The notes beneath the pieces were generated by a model. The model had not been told where the DNA came from. It made no database searches and was given only the letters and a program-made list of their open reading frames with translations. From assembly GCA_963808625.1 (NCBI GenBank), contig CAWEHK010000033.1, forward strand, positions 140,745 to 204,744: a stretch of 64,000 bases of DNA. Reading direction: 5' to 3'. Shown here in pieces: positions 20,407-31,148 of this stretch. The DNA is from an uncultured delta proteobacterium (GTDB lineage Bacteria; Desulfobacterota; Syntrophobacteria; Syntrophobacterales; Syntrophobacteraceae). Numbering within the stretch: the stretch's first letter is position 1; each line of letters begins with the position of its first letter. The position numbers and the translations under genes are program-made.

Positions 20407-20967
20407 TTATATGTTGTTCTCAGCATAATCGATTCGGTAGATAGTAGAGGTGTGTACCCCGAAGGTCTTTGCAATCTGCTGGACGGATGTGCCTTCCGCC
20501 ACCAGACGCTTTGCGAGCCTCTCTTGCTCCTCATTCAATTTCTTAGGACGCCCGAATCGTACCCCACGCCTCTTGGCAGCCTCTCGGCCGGTCCCGGTTC
20601 GTTCACGGATCAGTTCACGCTCAAATTCGGCAATTCCAGCAAAAACCGTCAGGATCATCTTGCCGGCATGTGAGGTGGTATCGGCCCAAGGCTCAGAAAG
20701 TGATTGGAAGTCGGCTCCGGCCCCTCTGATACTTTCGACGATATCGAGCAGATCCCGAGTAGAGCGTGCCAATCGATCTAATTTCCATATGATCACAGTA
20801 TCTCCTTCCCGGAGTTGATCGAGCATCCGATGAAGCTCCGGGCGATTACGTTCTTTGCCGGAAGCTTTCTCTTTGAAGATGCGATGGCATCCGGCATTTT
20901 TGAGCGCATCGAACTGGAGATGGAAGTTCTGATCTTCTGTTGAAACCCGTGTGTATCCGATTCTCAT
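20407..20967 (-). CDS. tnpR: Serine resolvase
   Basis: IGYTRVST, KLDRLARS, C-terminal HTH. Confidence 0.93.
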   Translation of the reverse strand: MRIGYTRVSTEDQNFHLQFDALKNAGCHRIFKEKASGKERNRPELHRMLDQLREGDTVIIWKLDRLARSTRDLLDIVESIRGAGADFQSLSEPWADTTSHAGKMILTVFAGIAEFERELIRERTGTGREAAKRRGVRFGRPKKLNEEQERLAKRLVAEGTSVQQIAKTFGVHTSTIYRIDYAENNI

Positions 20968-21112
20968 AGGCAATCCCCATGGATCTTTTTTCGCAAAAGA
21001 TAACGCAAAACAATTGACTTTTGCAAGTAAGTTTTGCGAAAAGAGCTGCGCTAGAAATCGCTGAGTTTTCAGACCTTCAGGATCCAGTTGCATAACTTAG
21101 GAGTTTTGCGAA

Positions 21113-24069
21113 TTGGAGGTTGCGGGAACAAACGTTGCTGACCGCTGGATATTGACGCCTGAAGATCAAGTGCTCGTACTGGCCAAAAGTAGAGCAAACC
21201 GGCTAGGCTTCGCCCTGCTGCTCTTGTTCTATCGGACGCAAGGTCGGTTTCCAAACACGTCAGCGGAAATCGATCCGGGTGCTGCCGATCTAGTGGCGCG
21301 GCAACTTGGCATCGTTCTGACATCTTATGATGGCTTCGATACAGCCACTCGTACCTGGAAGCGTCATCGTGCCGAGATCCGTGCCTTATTCGGCTTTCGC
21401 GAATCGACGGTGGCCGATGCCGAAACGCTCTCCGAGTGGCTTCGTGATCAAGCTGCAGCGGCTGGTTGCGTTCCCGAGCACCTTGCTGAACTCCTGTATG
21501 CGCGATGTCGTGAACTGTTGATCGAGCCGCCGTCGGCCGACCGGGTTCGATCGTGTCGTGCGTTCCGCCATTCTTGCCCACGAGGAACGCTTTTGCGCAA
21601 GTATTTACAGTCGCTTGACACCGACTGTCCGTGTCCGGCTGGATGCGCTCCTACGGCCCGCAATGAGTAACGACGAGAGCTCAGAAGCTAAAGATGCGCA
21701 CGGGACGGCCCCCACAATGCTTCTTCGGTTACGCGGTGACCCGGGCCAGCCGAGACTTGCTAGCGTGGAGGACGAATTGGCCAAATTGGAGCTGATACGC
21801 CAACTCGGTCTGCCACCAGATCTGTTCGACCACGCACTACCGCACGAACTAGAGCGGTATCGTCGACACGTCGCGGTTGAAGCGCCCTACGAACTACGTC
21901 GACATCCGGAGGCAACCCGGCTGACCTGGCTGGCAGCCTTTGCCCATCTGCGCGGTCGCAGCCTGACCGACGACCTGGTCGACCTACTGATCGAGACCAT
22001 CCATCACATCGGCGCACGCGCCGAGCGCAAGGTCGAGCGCGAACTGCTGGACGACCTCAAGCGCGTGACCGGCAAGCAGAACCTCCTGTTCGAACTGGCC
22101 GACGCCACGCTTGATCAACCAGATGGAATAGTGCGCGAGGTCGTGTTCCCGGTCGTCGGCGAGCAGACCCTACGCGATCTGGTCAAGGAATGGAAGGCAA
22201 CGGGCCCGACCTATCGCACAACTCTGCGCACAGTAATCCGCAATTCTTACAGGGGCCATTACCGCCGCATGGTGCCGCAGGTTCTTCAGATCTTGGAGTT
22301 CCGTTCGAACAACGAGCGCCATCGTCCGGTCATCTTGGCGCTCGACCTCATTAAACGCTACGCCGGCACCAAGGTGCATACCTTTCCGGTCGAGGAAGAG
22401 GTGCCGCTGGACGGTGTCGTGCGCGAGCCTCTGGCGCGAAGCAGTGACCGAGGAGGACGCTCAGGGACGTCAACGCGTCAACCGGATTACCTATGAAATC
22501 TGCGTGCTCGAGGCCCTGCGCGATCAGTTGCGCTGCAAGGAGATCTGGGTGGTCGGTGCCAACCGCTACCGCAACCCAGACGAAGACTTGCCGGCCGACT
22601 TCGAGGCTCAGCGCGCGCCCTATTATCAGGCGCTGAATCTGCCACTTGATGCTGAACGCTTCATCGCCGATCTACAGGCCGAGATGCGTGAAGTGCTTGC
22701 AGAGTCTCGATGCCGGTCTGCCGAACAACCCTTATGTCCGGATCAGTAACAAGCGCGGTGCCTGGATCACTCTGGCAGCCGCTCGATGCTCAGCCGGAAC
22801 CGTCCAATCTTACCGCGCTCAAGGCCGAGATCACCGCCACATGGCCGATGACGAGCTTGCTCGACATGGTCAAGGAGGCCGATCTGCGTCTGAGCTTCAC
22901 CGATGCGCTGAAGAGTCCGACGGCCTACGAGACATTGGATCGTTCTGTCCTGCAGCCACGTCTATTGCTCTGCCTGCATGGCCTCGGTACCAATGCCGGC
23001 CTGCAACGCATGGCCGGCCATCAGTCAGGCATGACCTACAAGGATCTGGCCTATGTGCGGCATCGCTATATCAGCGTCGACGCACTGCGTCGGGCCATCG
23101 CCATCGTGACCAACGGCACGCTGCATGCCCGCGACCCGGCCATCTGGGGCAACGGCACGACCGCCTGCGCATCCGATTCCAAGCACTTCGGCTGCCTGGG
23201 ACCAGAACCTGACGACGCAGTGGCACGTCCGTTATGGCGGCCGCGGCATCATGATCTACTGGCACGTCGAACGAAAATCGCTGTGCATTCATTCCCAACT
23301 CAAATCGCCGTCATCCTCCGAGGTTGCGTCGATGATCGAGGGCGTGGTTCACCACTGCACCGAGATGGAGATTGATCGACAATACGTCGATTCTCACGGT
23401 CAGAGCACGGTTGCCTTCGCGTTCTGTCGTCTGCTGGGTTTTCAGCTCATGCCACGACTGAAGGCGATCCATTCTCAGAAGCTGTATCGGCCTGATACCG
23501 GACAACCAGATGCCTACAAGCATCTGCAGTTGGTACTGACCAAGCCGATCAATTGGGAATTGATCCGCCAGCAGTACGACCAGATGGTCAAATACACAAC
23601 GGCACTGCGCCTGGGTACGGCCGAGACCGAAGCGATCCTGCGCCGCTTCACCCGAAACAACGTTCAGCACCCGACGTACAAGGCATTCGCTGAGCTTGGC
23701 AAGGCGATCAAGACGATCTTCCTGTGCCGATACCTCCACAGCGAAGCGATGCGCCGCGAAATCCACGAGGGACTCAACGTCATCGAGCAATGGAACGGAG
23801 CTAACGACTTCGTCTTCTTCGCTCGTCGCGGTGAGCTTGCGAGCAACCGCCGCGAGGACCACGAGGTGAGCATGCTGGCATTACATCTGTTGCAGAATTG
23901 CATGGTCTATATCAATACACTGATGCTCCAACAGGTGCTCGCACAACCGCATTGGGAGGGGAAGCTCACCCTCAGAGATCTGAGTGCTCTGACGCCATTG
24001 ATTTGGGAGCATGTCAACCCCTATGGCCGCTTCGAACTTGACATGAATACCCGTCTCCCGCTCAAATAA
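21113..24069 (+). CDS. tnpA: Tn3-family transposase (several frameshifts)
   Basis: [14 protein letters not shown]-like [29 protein letters not shown]. Confidence 0.93.
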
Positions 24070-24350
24070 TCCAAATGGCCCCTGGTGACACGACTGTTGG
24101 GTGTACCCCTTATAAGAGGATAATCAGTCTTTGAGAGGCAGGATCCCCTTTGGATTCTGCCTTTGTGGCAGTGAACGCTATTTAACCCAAGGGAGGCCCC
24201 AACGGAGCCTCCCTTCTTTTTTCCAGACAACAGGCAAGATCCGCAGTTCAGCTTCCTCTCCCCTGTCCGATCTATACAACCACCCCACCGGCTCAAAAAT
24301 CCCAGAACGCGGCTGCCGCAACCTCTCCACAACCCGCACATCACGCCTCC

Positions 24351-25336
24351 AAAATCCGAGACCTGCCACCAAAACGCTTCCCCAATCCGAGACCTGCCAC
24401 CGCTCCCCAAGGCTTGTTTGCCTTCTCCGCCCCAAGCTTCCCCGCCTTACCGCCCCAGCCAATCCGGGCCGTAAAAATCCGAGCGGCTTTGTGGTCGGCC
24501 TTTATTTGAATCAGGTTCAAAAGAACCAAGCTACAAAGTCTTAGCCAGTCGTGGAGTTACAAGGCGACGGTGAAAGCCAGCAGCCCAGATGCCGTCGTCC
24601 TTAAGTTGGCGCCTGATCACAGAGAGCTTACCGTCGGAGTCGACCACATCGGCAACGAGAAAATTCCCCTCTGACTCGAACAGGAAGAATGTTGCGTACC
24701 CGTCAGCCCGAAGCCAGTTGCGATACTTTTTCACAAAGTTCTTTATCTGGGCCTGTGTGAAGCAGAGTTTCCTCACATCAGTATTCAGTTCGTCGAACAT
24801 TTGCGAAAAAGTCGCATCCTCTGATCATCTCGTGGACACCGACAGGAGTTTCAGCCGTTGGATTGCCGATTTCATCGGCGTCTTTTTTGAACTCCGGGTC
24901 GATGTCACCGGTAAAGACGTCTTTCGCATTCGCCAAGTTTTCGGTTCCGCCAACAGCATCGACGGTGAGCGAGTAATCGCCGGAGATGAGCCGCAGAATA
25001 GGTTTTGTGACAACACCCGTCCAGCAATTCTCCTTGCGGAGAAACTTTTTCAGTTCAGCAAGCCATTCCTGGCCCGCTTCGCCCGACAACTTCTCATTCA
25101 GATCGCAGAGTACCCCGAGCATTTCCAGAGGGAGATCCACAATCTTACGAATTAATACACCGAGCATGTCTTTCATAGTCAATTCCTTTTCTCTTGTTTG
25201 ACTTGTCTATTACGCCAGCCCACCGGCTTCACCGATCAAAAATCCGAGACCTGCCCAACTCCCAACGGCTTATTTACCCTCGCTACCCGATTCTCCCCAG
25301 CCTACCGTCCCAGCCAATCCGGGCCGTAAATATCCG
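24351..25336. repeat. Imperfect ~100-bp direct repeats (24384-24481 and 25241-25336) flanking one gene
   Basis: Shared AATCCGAGACCTGCC and CCCAGCCAATCCGGGCCGTAAA. Confidence 0.8.
24531..25182 (-). CDS. Hypothetical protein (frameshift near 24820)
   Basis: ORFs 24778-25182 and 24531-24800 join; QAQIKNFVKKYRNWLRADGYATFFLF. Confidence 0.7.
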
Positions 25337-25465
25337 GGACTTTTTCCGCCAAAAGTCCCGCATTTTTGATGCTCGCGTTCCGAATTTTTGACGGCCAGGT
25401 CCCGTAAATTGGACAAACAAAAAAAGCCCGGGCACAATGCAAGATGATATTCAACTAAACACCCC

Positions 25466-26183
25466 ATGAAACATTTACGCCTGGCGGGCCCCAAAAGAGA
25501 ACTTCGCTCCCCTGCCCTGGCCGAAACCAAGCCAGTCATCGCTTGCCCCTATTGCTCATCGAGGCAACTCATTAAGAAGGGACAGCGCCGGAAAAAATAT
25601 GAGCAAGTCCAACTATACTTTTGCCGCTGCTGCAAGCGGAAATTCACCCCGCTCATCAACAAGCATCACTCCTACCCGCTCAAGGTCATCCAGGATGCCG
25701 TCACCCTTTACAATCGCTTTTACTCAATGCAAGAGGCAGCCAAAATAGTGACCGGAACCTACGGCATCGCTGTCCGCCACCAAACCGTTGCCAAATGGCT
25801 TAAGGATTTCAAAGAATACCTCCCAATCTTAAAGACTCGGACCGCCCTTATGGCCAATTATGATTTACGAAAAGCCTTTATTGAAGCGCGCCTCCTTCAC
25901 GGCCAGGTGTACGACTTCAAGTGCCATTACGCCAAACTCGACTACCTTTTACACCGACATCACTCAAATAGAATTTTCGGCAATCTGCAAGGCTTTCTAA
26001 AGGACGTCCCCAGCGCCTGCCCTCACGACCTTTTCCGGAAAGGGCCAAAACCAGCAACCGCTCATCTAAACACCAGGATGTTTTTAGCCTCGATCAGGTA
26101 AATATATCTCCTCGACCGGCGAGCTCCGCAATTAAGAACGCTCGTTTCGTCCTGCAGGACCAACAGAAAAATAGCTGCTATTT
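25466..26183 (+). pseudogene. Zn-ribbon/HTH protein (IS1-like N-terminus), truncated by a Tn3 end
   Basis: CPYC..CRCC, YPLKVIQDAVTLYN, TVAKWL. Confidence 0.55.
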
Positions 26184-26855
26184 GGGGCAACAAGAATCCA
26201 TTAAAAATTGCATTTTTCTGATTTTCCCATGTTGGGCAAGCTTCTAGTTTAAATATTCGCGGCACGGTTAGGCTGCCACGAGAAAGGATGGTTTGTCGAA
26301 ATCAAGCCTAGAAACGCCATAGGGGTTGATATTCGAAGTAAATAGCGGCGTAAGCGCCCGGAAATCCTCTTTTGTCATCCGCTCCCCAAAAGCTTCATAC
26401 TCAAAGACCCGTTCCACCATGAGGGTATTGACCAAAATAACGGCATTCTGCAACAGGTGGAGACAGAGAATGCTCAATTGTTGCATTTCGGGATTGTTGG
26501 TTTGGAGTTCGCTTTGGCGGTCGTAGCAGATGAATTCATTTTCCGCGTTGAAATTCTCAACCACATTCAGGACCTCATGCCTTTCATGACGGAGGCTTGG
26601 CGAGGTGATTTCGCGGCATAAATGAATGGTCTTGAGGGCTTTGCCAAGTTCGATGAACGCCTTGTACAAAGGATTGGAGCGATTACGGGAATTAAATCGC
26701 CACAGAATGGACTCGGTCGGCCCTGTAGCTTCCGCGACGGCCACCACATGTTGGACCATTTCATCATACTGTTCATAGGCCAGGTCCCAGCGGATGGGAC
26801 GCGCCAGGATTCCTGCCAGATGCGGCAAACCATTCGCGGCTTTGGAGTCTGGCAA
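26184..26855 (-). mobile_element. Tn3-family tnpA 3' fragment with a probable terminal IR (GGGGCAAC..) at 26184
   Basis: LYKAFIELGKALKTI, LNVVENFN, NINPYG. Confidence 0.8.
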
Positions 26856-27080
26856 GTAGGGGGTATCCCAACATTCGCACGATCAGGGGCAAAGTGGACT
26901 TCCAAGGCAATAAGAACGAACAGCATCAGCGTAAAGGCGATCCACCTGAGGCCATAGGCTCGCTTGGGTGGTGTTAATGTTTCGTACCTTGTGCTGCTTG
27001 AGGATGATGACACTGGCATTAGATCAATTTCTTCCATATCTTTCATTGGCCCGAAAAGTCATTCCTTACAAGGATATCCC

Positions 27081-27554
27081 TCAGAGGTCAGGAAACGCCT
27101 TGCGCGTGCAGTTCTCACACTTATACCCTTCAAGGCCGACACTGAAACCATCTTCACCAAGTCTGATCGTGATTCCGCACCTGATACATTTTGTGGGTTC
27201 AAAATCGGGGACATCAGGAAGCTTCTCGAAATTATATTCGTTCGTTCCGCGATAAACGTATAACTCCGTCGGAAATGCCTCACGGCAGTCAGAGCAATCC
27301 TTCCAATCACCGGAATGTCCTTCATTGTGATGATAGCCACATAAGGTATATCGCGCATGATTGCGGTAGCAGCTGTTGCGAGCATACGAGAAGAGAACGT
27401 ATTTATGTTCGTCATTGCAAATCCATTGTCCGCAGCATTCCGTTCTTATTAGATTTCCGATCTTCCAGCATAAACCACAACGGACTTGGTTATCAGGTGG
27501 GACAGATTTTGGTTTGCCAGATGCATCCTTCTTTAGTCTTGATTTCTTTCCCAC
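27081..27554 (-). CDS. Cys-rich (Zn-binding) hypothetical protein
   Basis: CGLC, TECCGQWIC, YARNSC, CSDC, CIRC, CENC. Confidence 0.75.
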   Translation of the reverse strand: MGKKSRLKKDASGKPKSVPPDNQVRCGLCWKIGNLIRTECCGQWICNDEHKYVLFSYARNSCYRNHARYTLCGYHHNEGHSGDWKDCSDCREAFPTELYVYRGTNEYNFEKLPDVPDFEPTKCIRCGITIRLGEDGFSVGLEGYKCENCTRKAFPDL

Positions 27555-27603
27555 CGTTGAACAGCCCTTTCCATCAAAATGTAATTTAATGGTGCTTGTT
27601 TTA

Positions 27604-27641
27604 CGGGTCGTCTCAGAAAACGGATTACAAAGTACGCTAAG
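27604..27641 (+). mobile_element. Tn21/Tn501-like 38-bp terminal inverted repeat
   Basis: CGGGTCGTCTCAGAAAACGGATTACAAAGTACGCTAAG overlapping the tnpR stop. Confidence 0.85.
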
Positions 27642-28194
27642 CGTGCGCCGAGGCCGGAACCCAGCGGTAGAGCGTAGGAATGGATACGCCGAGGTTCTTG
27701 GCTACGTCTCTGGGCGGGACGCCACTGGCCAGCAGCTTCTTAGCCGACTCGATCTTGCCGTTTGTCATCTTTGGCTTGCGACCACCCTTGCGACCAAGCT
27801 GACGCGCGACTTCCAGCCCGGCACGAGTGCGCTCGACCGTCAACTCGCGCTCCATTTCGGCGAGGCTGCCCATGACGTGGAAGAAGAACCGGCCTGAAGG
27901 GGTGCCAGTGTCGATGGCGTCGGTGAGGCTCTTGAACTGGATGCCTTGCTTGTGCAGTTCGCCGACCAGATCGACTAGTTGCTTGACGCTGCGGCCCAGG
28001 CGATCCAGTTTCCAGACGACGAGGGTGTCGCCCTCGCGCAGCATTTCCAGAGCCTTGATTAGTGCGGGTCGCTCGGAGCGCGTACCACTGGCTTTGTCTT
28101 CAAAGACTTTCTTGCATCCGGCCTTGTTCAACGCCTCTCGCTGGAGATCCAGATTCTGATCTTGCGTTGAGACGCGTGCATAACCAATCAACAT
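27637..28194 (-). CDS. tnpR: Serine resolvase
   Basis: MLIGYARVSTQDQ, KLDRLGRS, HTH. Confidence 0.95.
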   Translation of the reverse strand: MLIGYARVSTQDQNLDLQREALNKAGCKKVFEDKASGTRSERPALIKALEMLREGDTLVVWKLDRLGRSVKQLVDLVGELHKQGIQFKSLTDAIDTGTPSGRFFFHVMGSLAEMERELTVERTRAGLEVARQLGRKGGRKPKMTNGKIESAKKLLASGVPPRDVAKNLGVSIPTLYRWVPASAHA

Positions 28195-28305
28195 GATAAC
28201 AACCGTGTCCACAGCCTCGAAGCTGGGCATTCGGGAAATTTTGCGGTGTCGAAAGTGCTCGGCATTTGCATTGTGTCTACCGCTATGGGGTTGGATCGTA
28301 TCTTT

Positions 28306-28676
28306 TCACTCTCTCAATGACAACGGCAGCACGCGCAAACGCGGCCGGTTTGGATCAAGAGTGACCAGGGCCCCTTCCTCCAACTCGGCTGTCATCTGCC
28401 TTAAGGCAACGATAATCGACTTGCCAATCACATCTGGGCTGACATCCTCCGAGCGGATTTGAACGACGCTAGGTTTGTCGCCGTGTGTGGCGGCAAGGAT
28501 CGCGCCGAACTCCAGATCGTGGGTGAGAACCACATAGTCGTTGGCTTTGGCGAAGGCCATGATCTCAGTGTCAGACGCGTTGCTCCTTCCAAGCGTCGAC
28601 CAGTGGGTCGCCTCGAAACCCGCATCCCCGAGTATACCCAGCGTGGGGACAGGTTCATATCGATCAGCAGCTTCAT
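28306..28676 (-). CDS. DUF5615 PIN-like toxin (frameshift near 28640)
   Basis: MKLLIDMNLSP, DTEIM, VVLTHDLEFG, PSVVQIR. Confidence 0.85.
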
Positions 28677-28909
28677 GCCCTGGCCAACTCGACTTCGCGC
28701 TCTTCAGTTCGCCACGCCGCATAGCGCAGTGCCTGCATGATATCCTCGCGTTCCAGATACGGGTAGTCAGAGAGAATTTCCTCGATGTTGTGACCCGTCC
28801 CGATCTGGCCGACGATCATTCCCACTGTAACCCGCATGCCACGGATGCACGCCTTGCCGCCCATCACATCGGGCTGTTGGGTGATACGGTCAAATTGTCC
28901 CACGAGCAT
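28673..28909 (-). CDS. DUF433 antitoxin
   Basis: RITQQPDVMGGKACIRGMRVTV..YPYLEREDI. Confidence 0.9.
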   Translation of the reverse strand: MLVGQFDRITQQPDVMGGKACIRGMRVTVGMIVGQIGTGHNIEEILSDYPYLEREDIMQALRYAAWRTEEREVELARA

Positions 28910-28996
28910 CTCCTTTTATCAAAACTCATTGAAACAGTAATCAATCGACAATAGTATTTCAAGAACCATTTTCGAGAATGCAGAAGTCTTGGTTCC

Positions 28997-29313
28997 GTGT
29001 ACCGCGATACCGATCTTTCCATCATCCGGCAACATCGCGGGCTAGCGAACCGGCTGGGCTTCGCGGTGCAGCTTTGCTACATGCGCTATCCTGGCATGAT
29101 GCTCGCTGTGGATGCTGAGCCGTTCGCACCTTTGCTGCGCCTGGTGGCCACGCAATTGAAGGTGCCGCCTGAAGCCTGGAAAGATTGCGGCCAGCGTGCG
29201 GAGACTCGTCGCGAGCATCTGCTCGAACGGCAATCGGTCTTTGGGTTCCAGCCATTCACAACGCGGCACTATCGCCCCAGCGTAAACAGGCTGGATGAAT
29301 AGGCGTGGCAGAC
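28997..29313 (+). pseudogene. Tn3-family tnpA 5' fragment (DUF4158)
   Basis: DLSIIRQHRGLANRLGFAVQLCYMRYPG; ends at AWQT. Confidence 0.85.
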
Positions 29314-29809
29314 CGGCAATTATCTGATTTTTTACCTGCCGATTGAGGGCGGTATTAAGGTTGTCAGGGTTTTGCCTGGAATGCGAGATACCGACACCCT
29401 CTTTTGACCGGTCCCGTAGTTGTTCTTGGCGCACCATCCCTTTCTTTACCAATAGTAGACGTGTGGCTGATGGTTGCCGGGCGGCCAGAGAGCTGCCTCA
29501 ACATCCATGCCCCTCAACACACGGGTTGCATCCGCGCCGGTTCGCATGACGCAGCGGGCGCGTCATGTGCGTTTTCCGCCACCGGCGCGGGGCGCCGTCC
29601 GGAAAGCGCACTTTGTCATAGCGACGCAGCTTGCGCCCTTTTTCCTCGCTTCGATAAGTTCGTGACATGAATGAATTGAGAGCCTCTTGAAAGAGTTGCA
29701 GGGCGGATTGAGAGTGACTTTTGGGTGATGCTGGTATAGAGAGAGGAGTCTTTCAATCCCTGATGAAAGCGGGTTTGCCCACGCCAGGAATAAAGTTAAG
29801 GAGGATTCG

Positions 29810-30806
29810 ATGACACGCAGCGTGATTGCCGGCATTGGCAGCTTTGTGCCGCCGCGAGTGGTCAGCAATGAGGACCTTGCCGGTTTGATGACAACGAGTG
29901 ATGAGTGGATTCGAACACGAAGCGGCATAGAAGAACGGCGGTTTGCGGAGGAGGGGGTGTATTGCTCGGATCTGGCGCTGGAAGCGACCAGAAACGCTCT
30001 CGCCGATGCCAATCTGGAACCCTCGGACCTGGATTTTATCATCTTCGCCACCATCAGCCCCGATCACCATTTTCCCGGGACGGGCTGTTTCCTGCAAGCC
30101 AAACTCGGGGTGCCATCCATTGGCTGCCTGGATGTGCGCAATCAGTGCACGGGTTTTCTCTACGGTCTGGCGATAGGTGACGCCTTTATCCGCACGGGAA
30201 TGTACCGCCATATCCTGGTGGTCGGGTCGGAACTCCACTCGAACGCCCTCAATTTTTCCGATGAGGGACGAGATGTCGCCGTGCTTTTCGGGGATGGCGC
30301 CGCCGCAGTGGTGCTCGCTCCCTCTTCCGGGGAAGAGCGCGGCGTCCTCTACTCGGAACTCCACGCCGACGGCAGGTTCGCCAAGGCACTTCACATGGAC
30401 GTTTGGAATATTTCCCGGAAACCCTATCTCACCCATGAGAGCATCGAGACGGGAGAGATCTGGCCGCACATGGATGGAAAAACCGTCTTCAAACATGCCG
30501 TGACCCGCATGGCCGAGCTGGTGACCAATGCCCTTGACCGGTGCAATGTGCAGGCCGGAGGAGATCAAGTACATTATCCCTCACCAGGCCAACATGAGAA
30601 TCAACCAACTCGTTGCGGAACGCCTTGGATTCGCTCCGGAAAAGTTCCTGAATAATATCCAGAAATATGGCAATACCACCGCCGCATCAATCCCCTTACT
30701 GCTGGACCAAACCTATCGGGCTGGAAAATTGCAGAAAGGAGACCTTTTGCTTCTTGTGGCCTTTGGTTCAGGCTTCACCTGGGCATCAACCCTCCTGCGG
30801 TGGTAA
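29810..30806 (+). CDS. fabH: 3-oxoacyl-ACP synthase III (frameshift near 30550)
   Basis: TSDEWIRTRSGI, NQCTGF, PHQAN, GNTTAAS. Confidence 0.92.
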
Positions 30807-30811
30807 CGGCG

Positions 30812-30897
30812 GAGAGTAAGGAGTAAGGAAGTGGCAGTAAGGAGTAGGCAGTAAGGAGTAGGCAGTAAGGAGTAAGAGGTGAGGAGTGAGGGTGAGG
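30812..30897 (+). repeat. (GTAAGGA/GTAGGCA)n heptamer array
   Basis: gtaaggagtaggcagtaaggagtaggca. Confidence 0.85.
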
Positions 30898-31011
30898 AAA
30901 GAGTAAAAAGGAGCAACCAACCGGGCTGCGTCTGCTTACGCTGAAACACCACCTCGATGGGCAAAACCTGCACGCCTTAGCTCGTCTCCATAACGGAATC
31001 CCATCTGTTGC

Positions 31012-31094
31012 GTAGGGGCGGGCTTTATGCCCGCCCGAAGAGCATGCGGAATGACGTCCGGCACATTTCAGGAGGGGGTAAACCCCTCCCCTAC
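31012..31094. repeat. REP-like doublet
   Basis: gtaggggcgggctttatgcccgccc ... ggagggggtaaacccctcccctac. Confidence 0.8.
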
Positions 31095-31148
31095 AGTCCG
31101 AACTCCAACAAGATGCAGTTTCCGGATGGACACTGAGCTCGAGGACCT

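Larger units (their letters stand above)
19745..24109. mobile_element. Complete Tn3-family transposon (passenger-tnpR-res-tnpA)
   Basis: 40-bp IRs GGGGTA(G/C)ACCCAACAGTCGTGTCACCAGGGGCCATTTGGA at 19745-19784 and 24070-24109, one mismatch. Confidence 0.92.

Noticed and set aside
24531..25336. Complete diversity-generating retroelement
   Set aside because: No reverse transcriptase and no template/variable repeat pair visible in the window.
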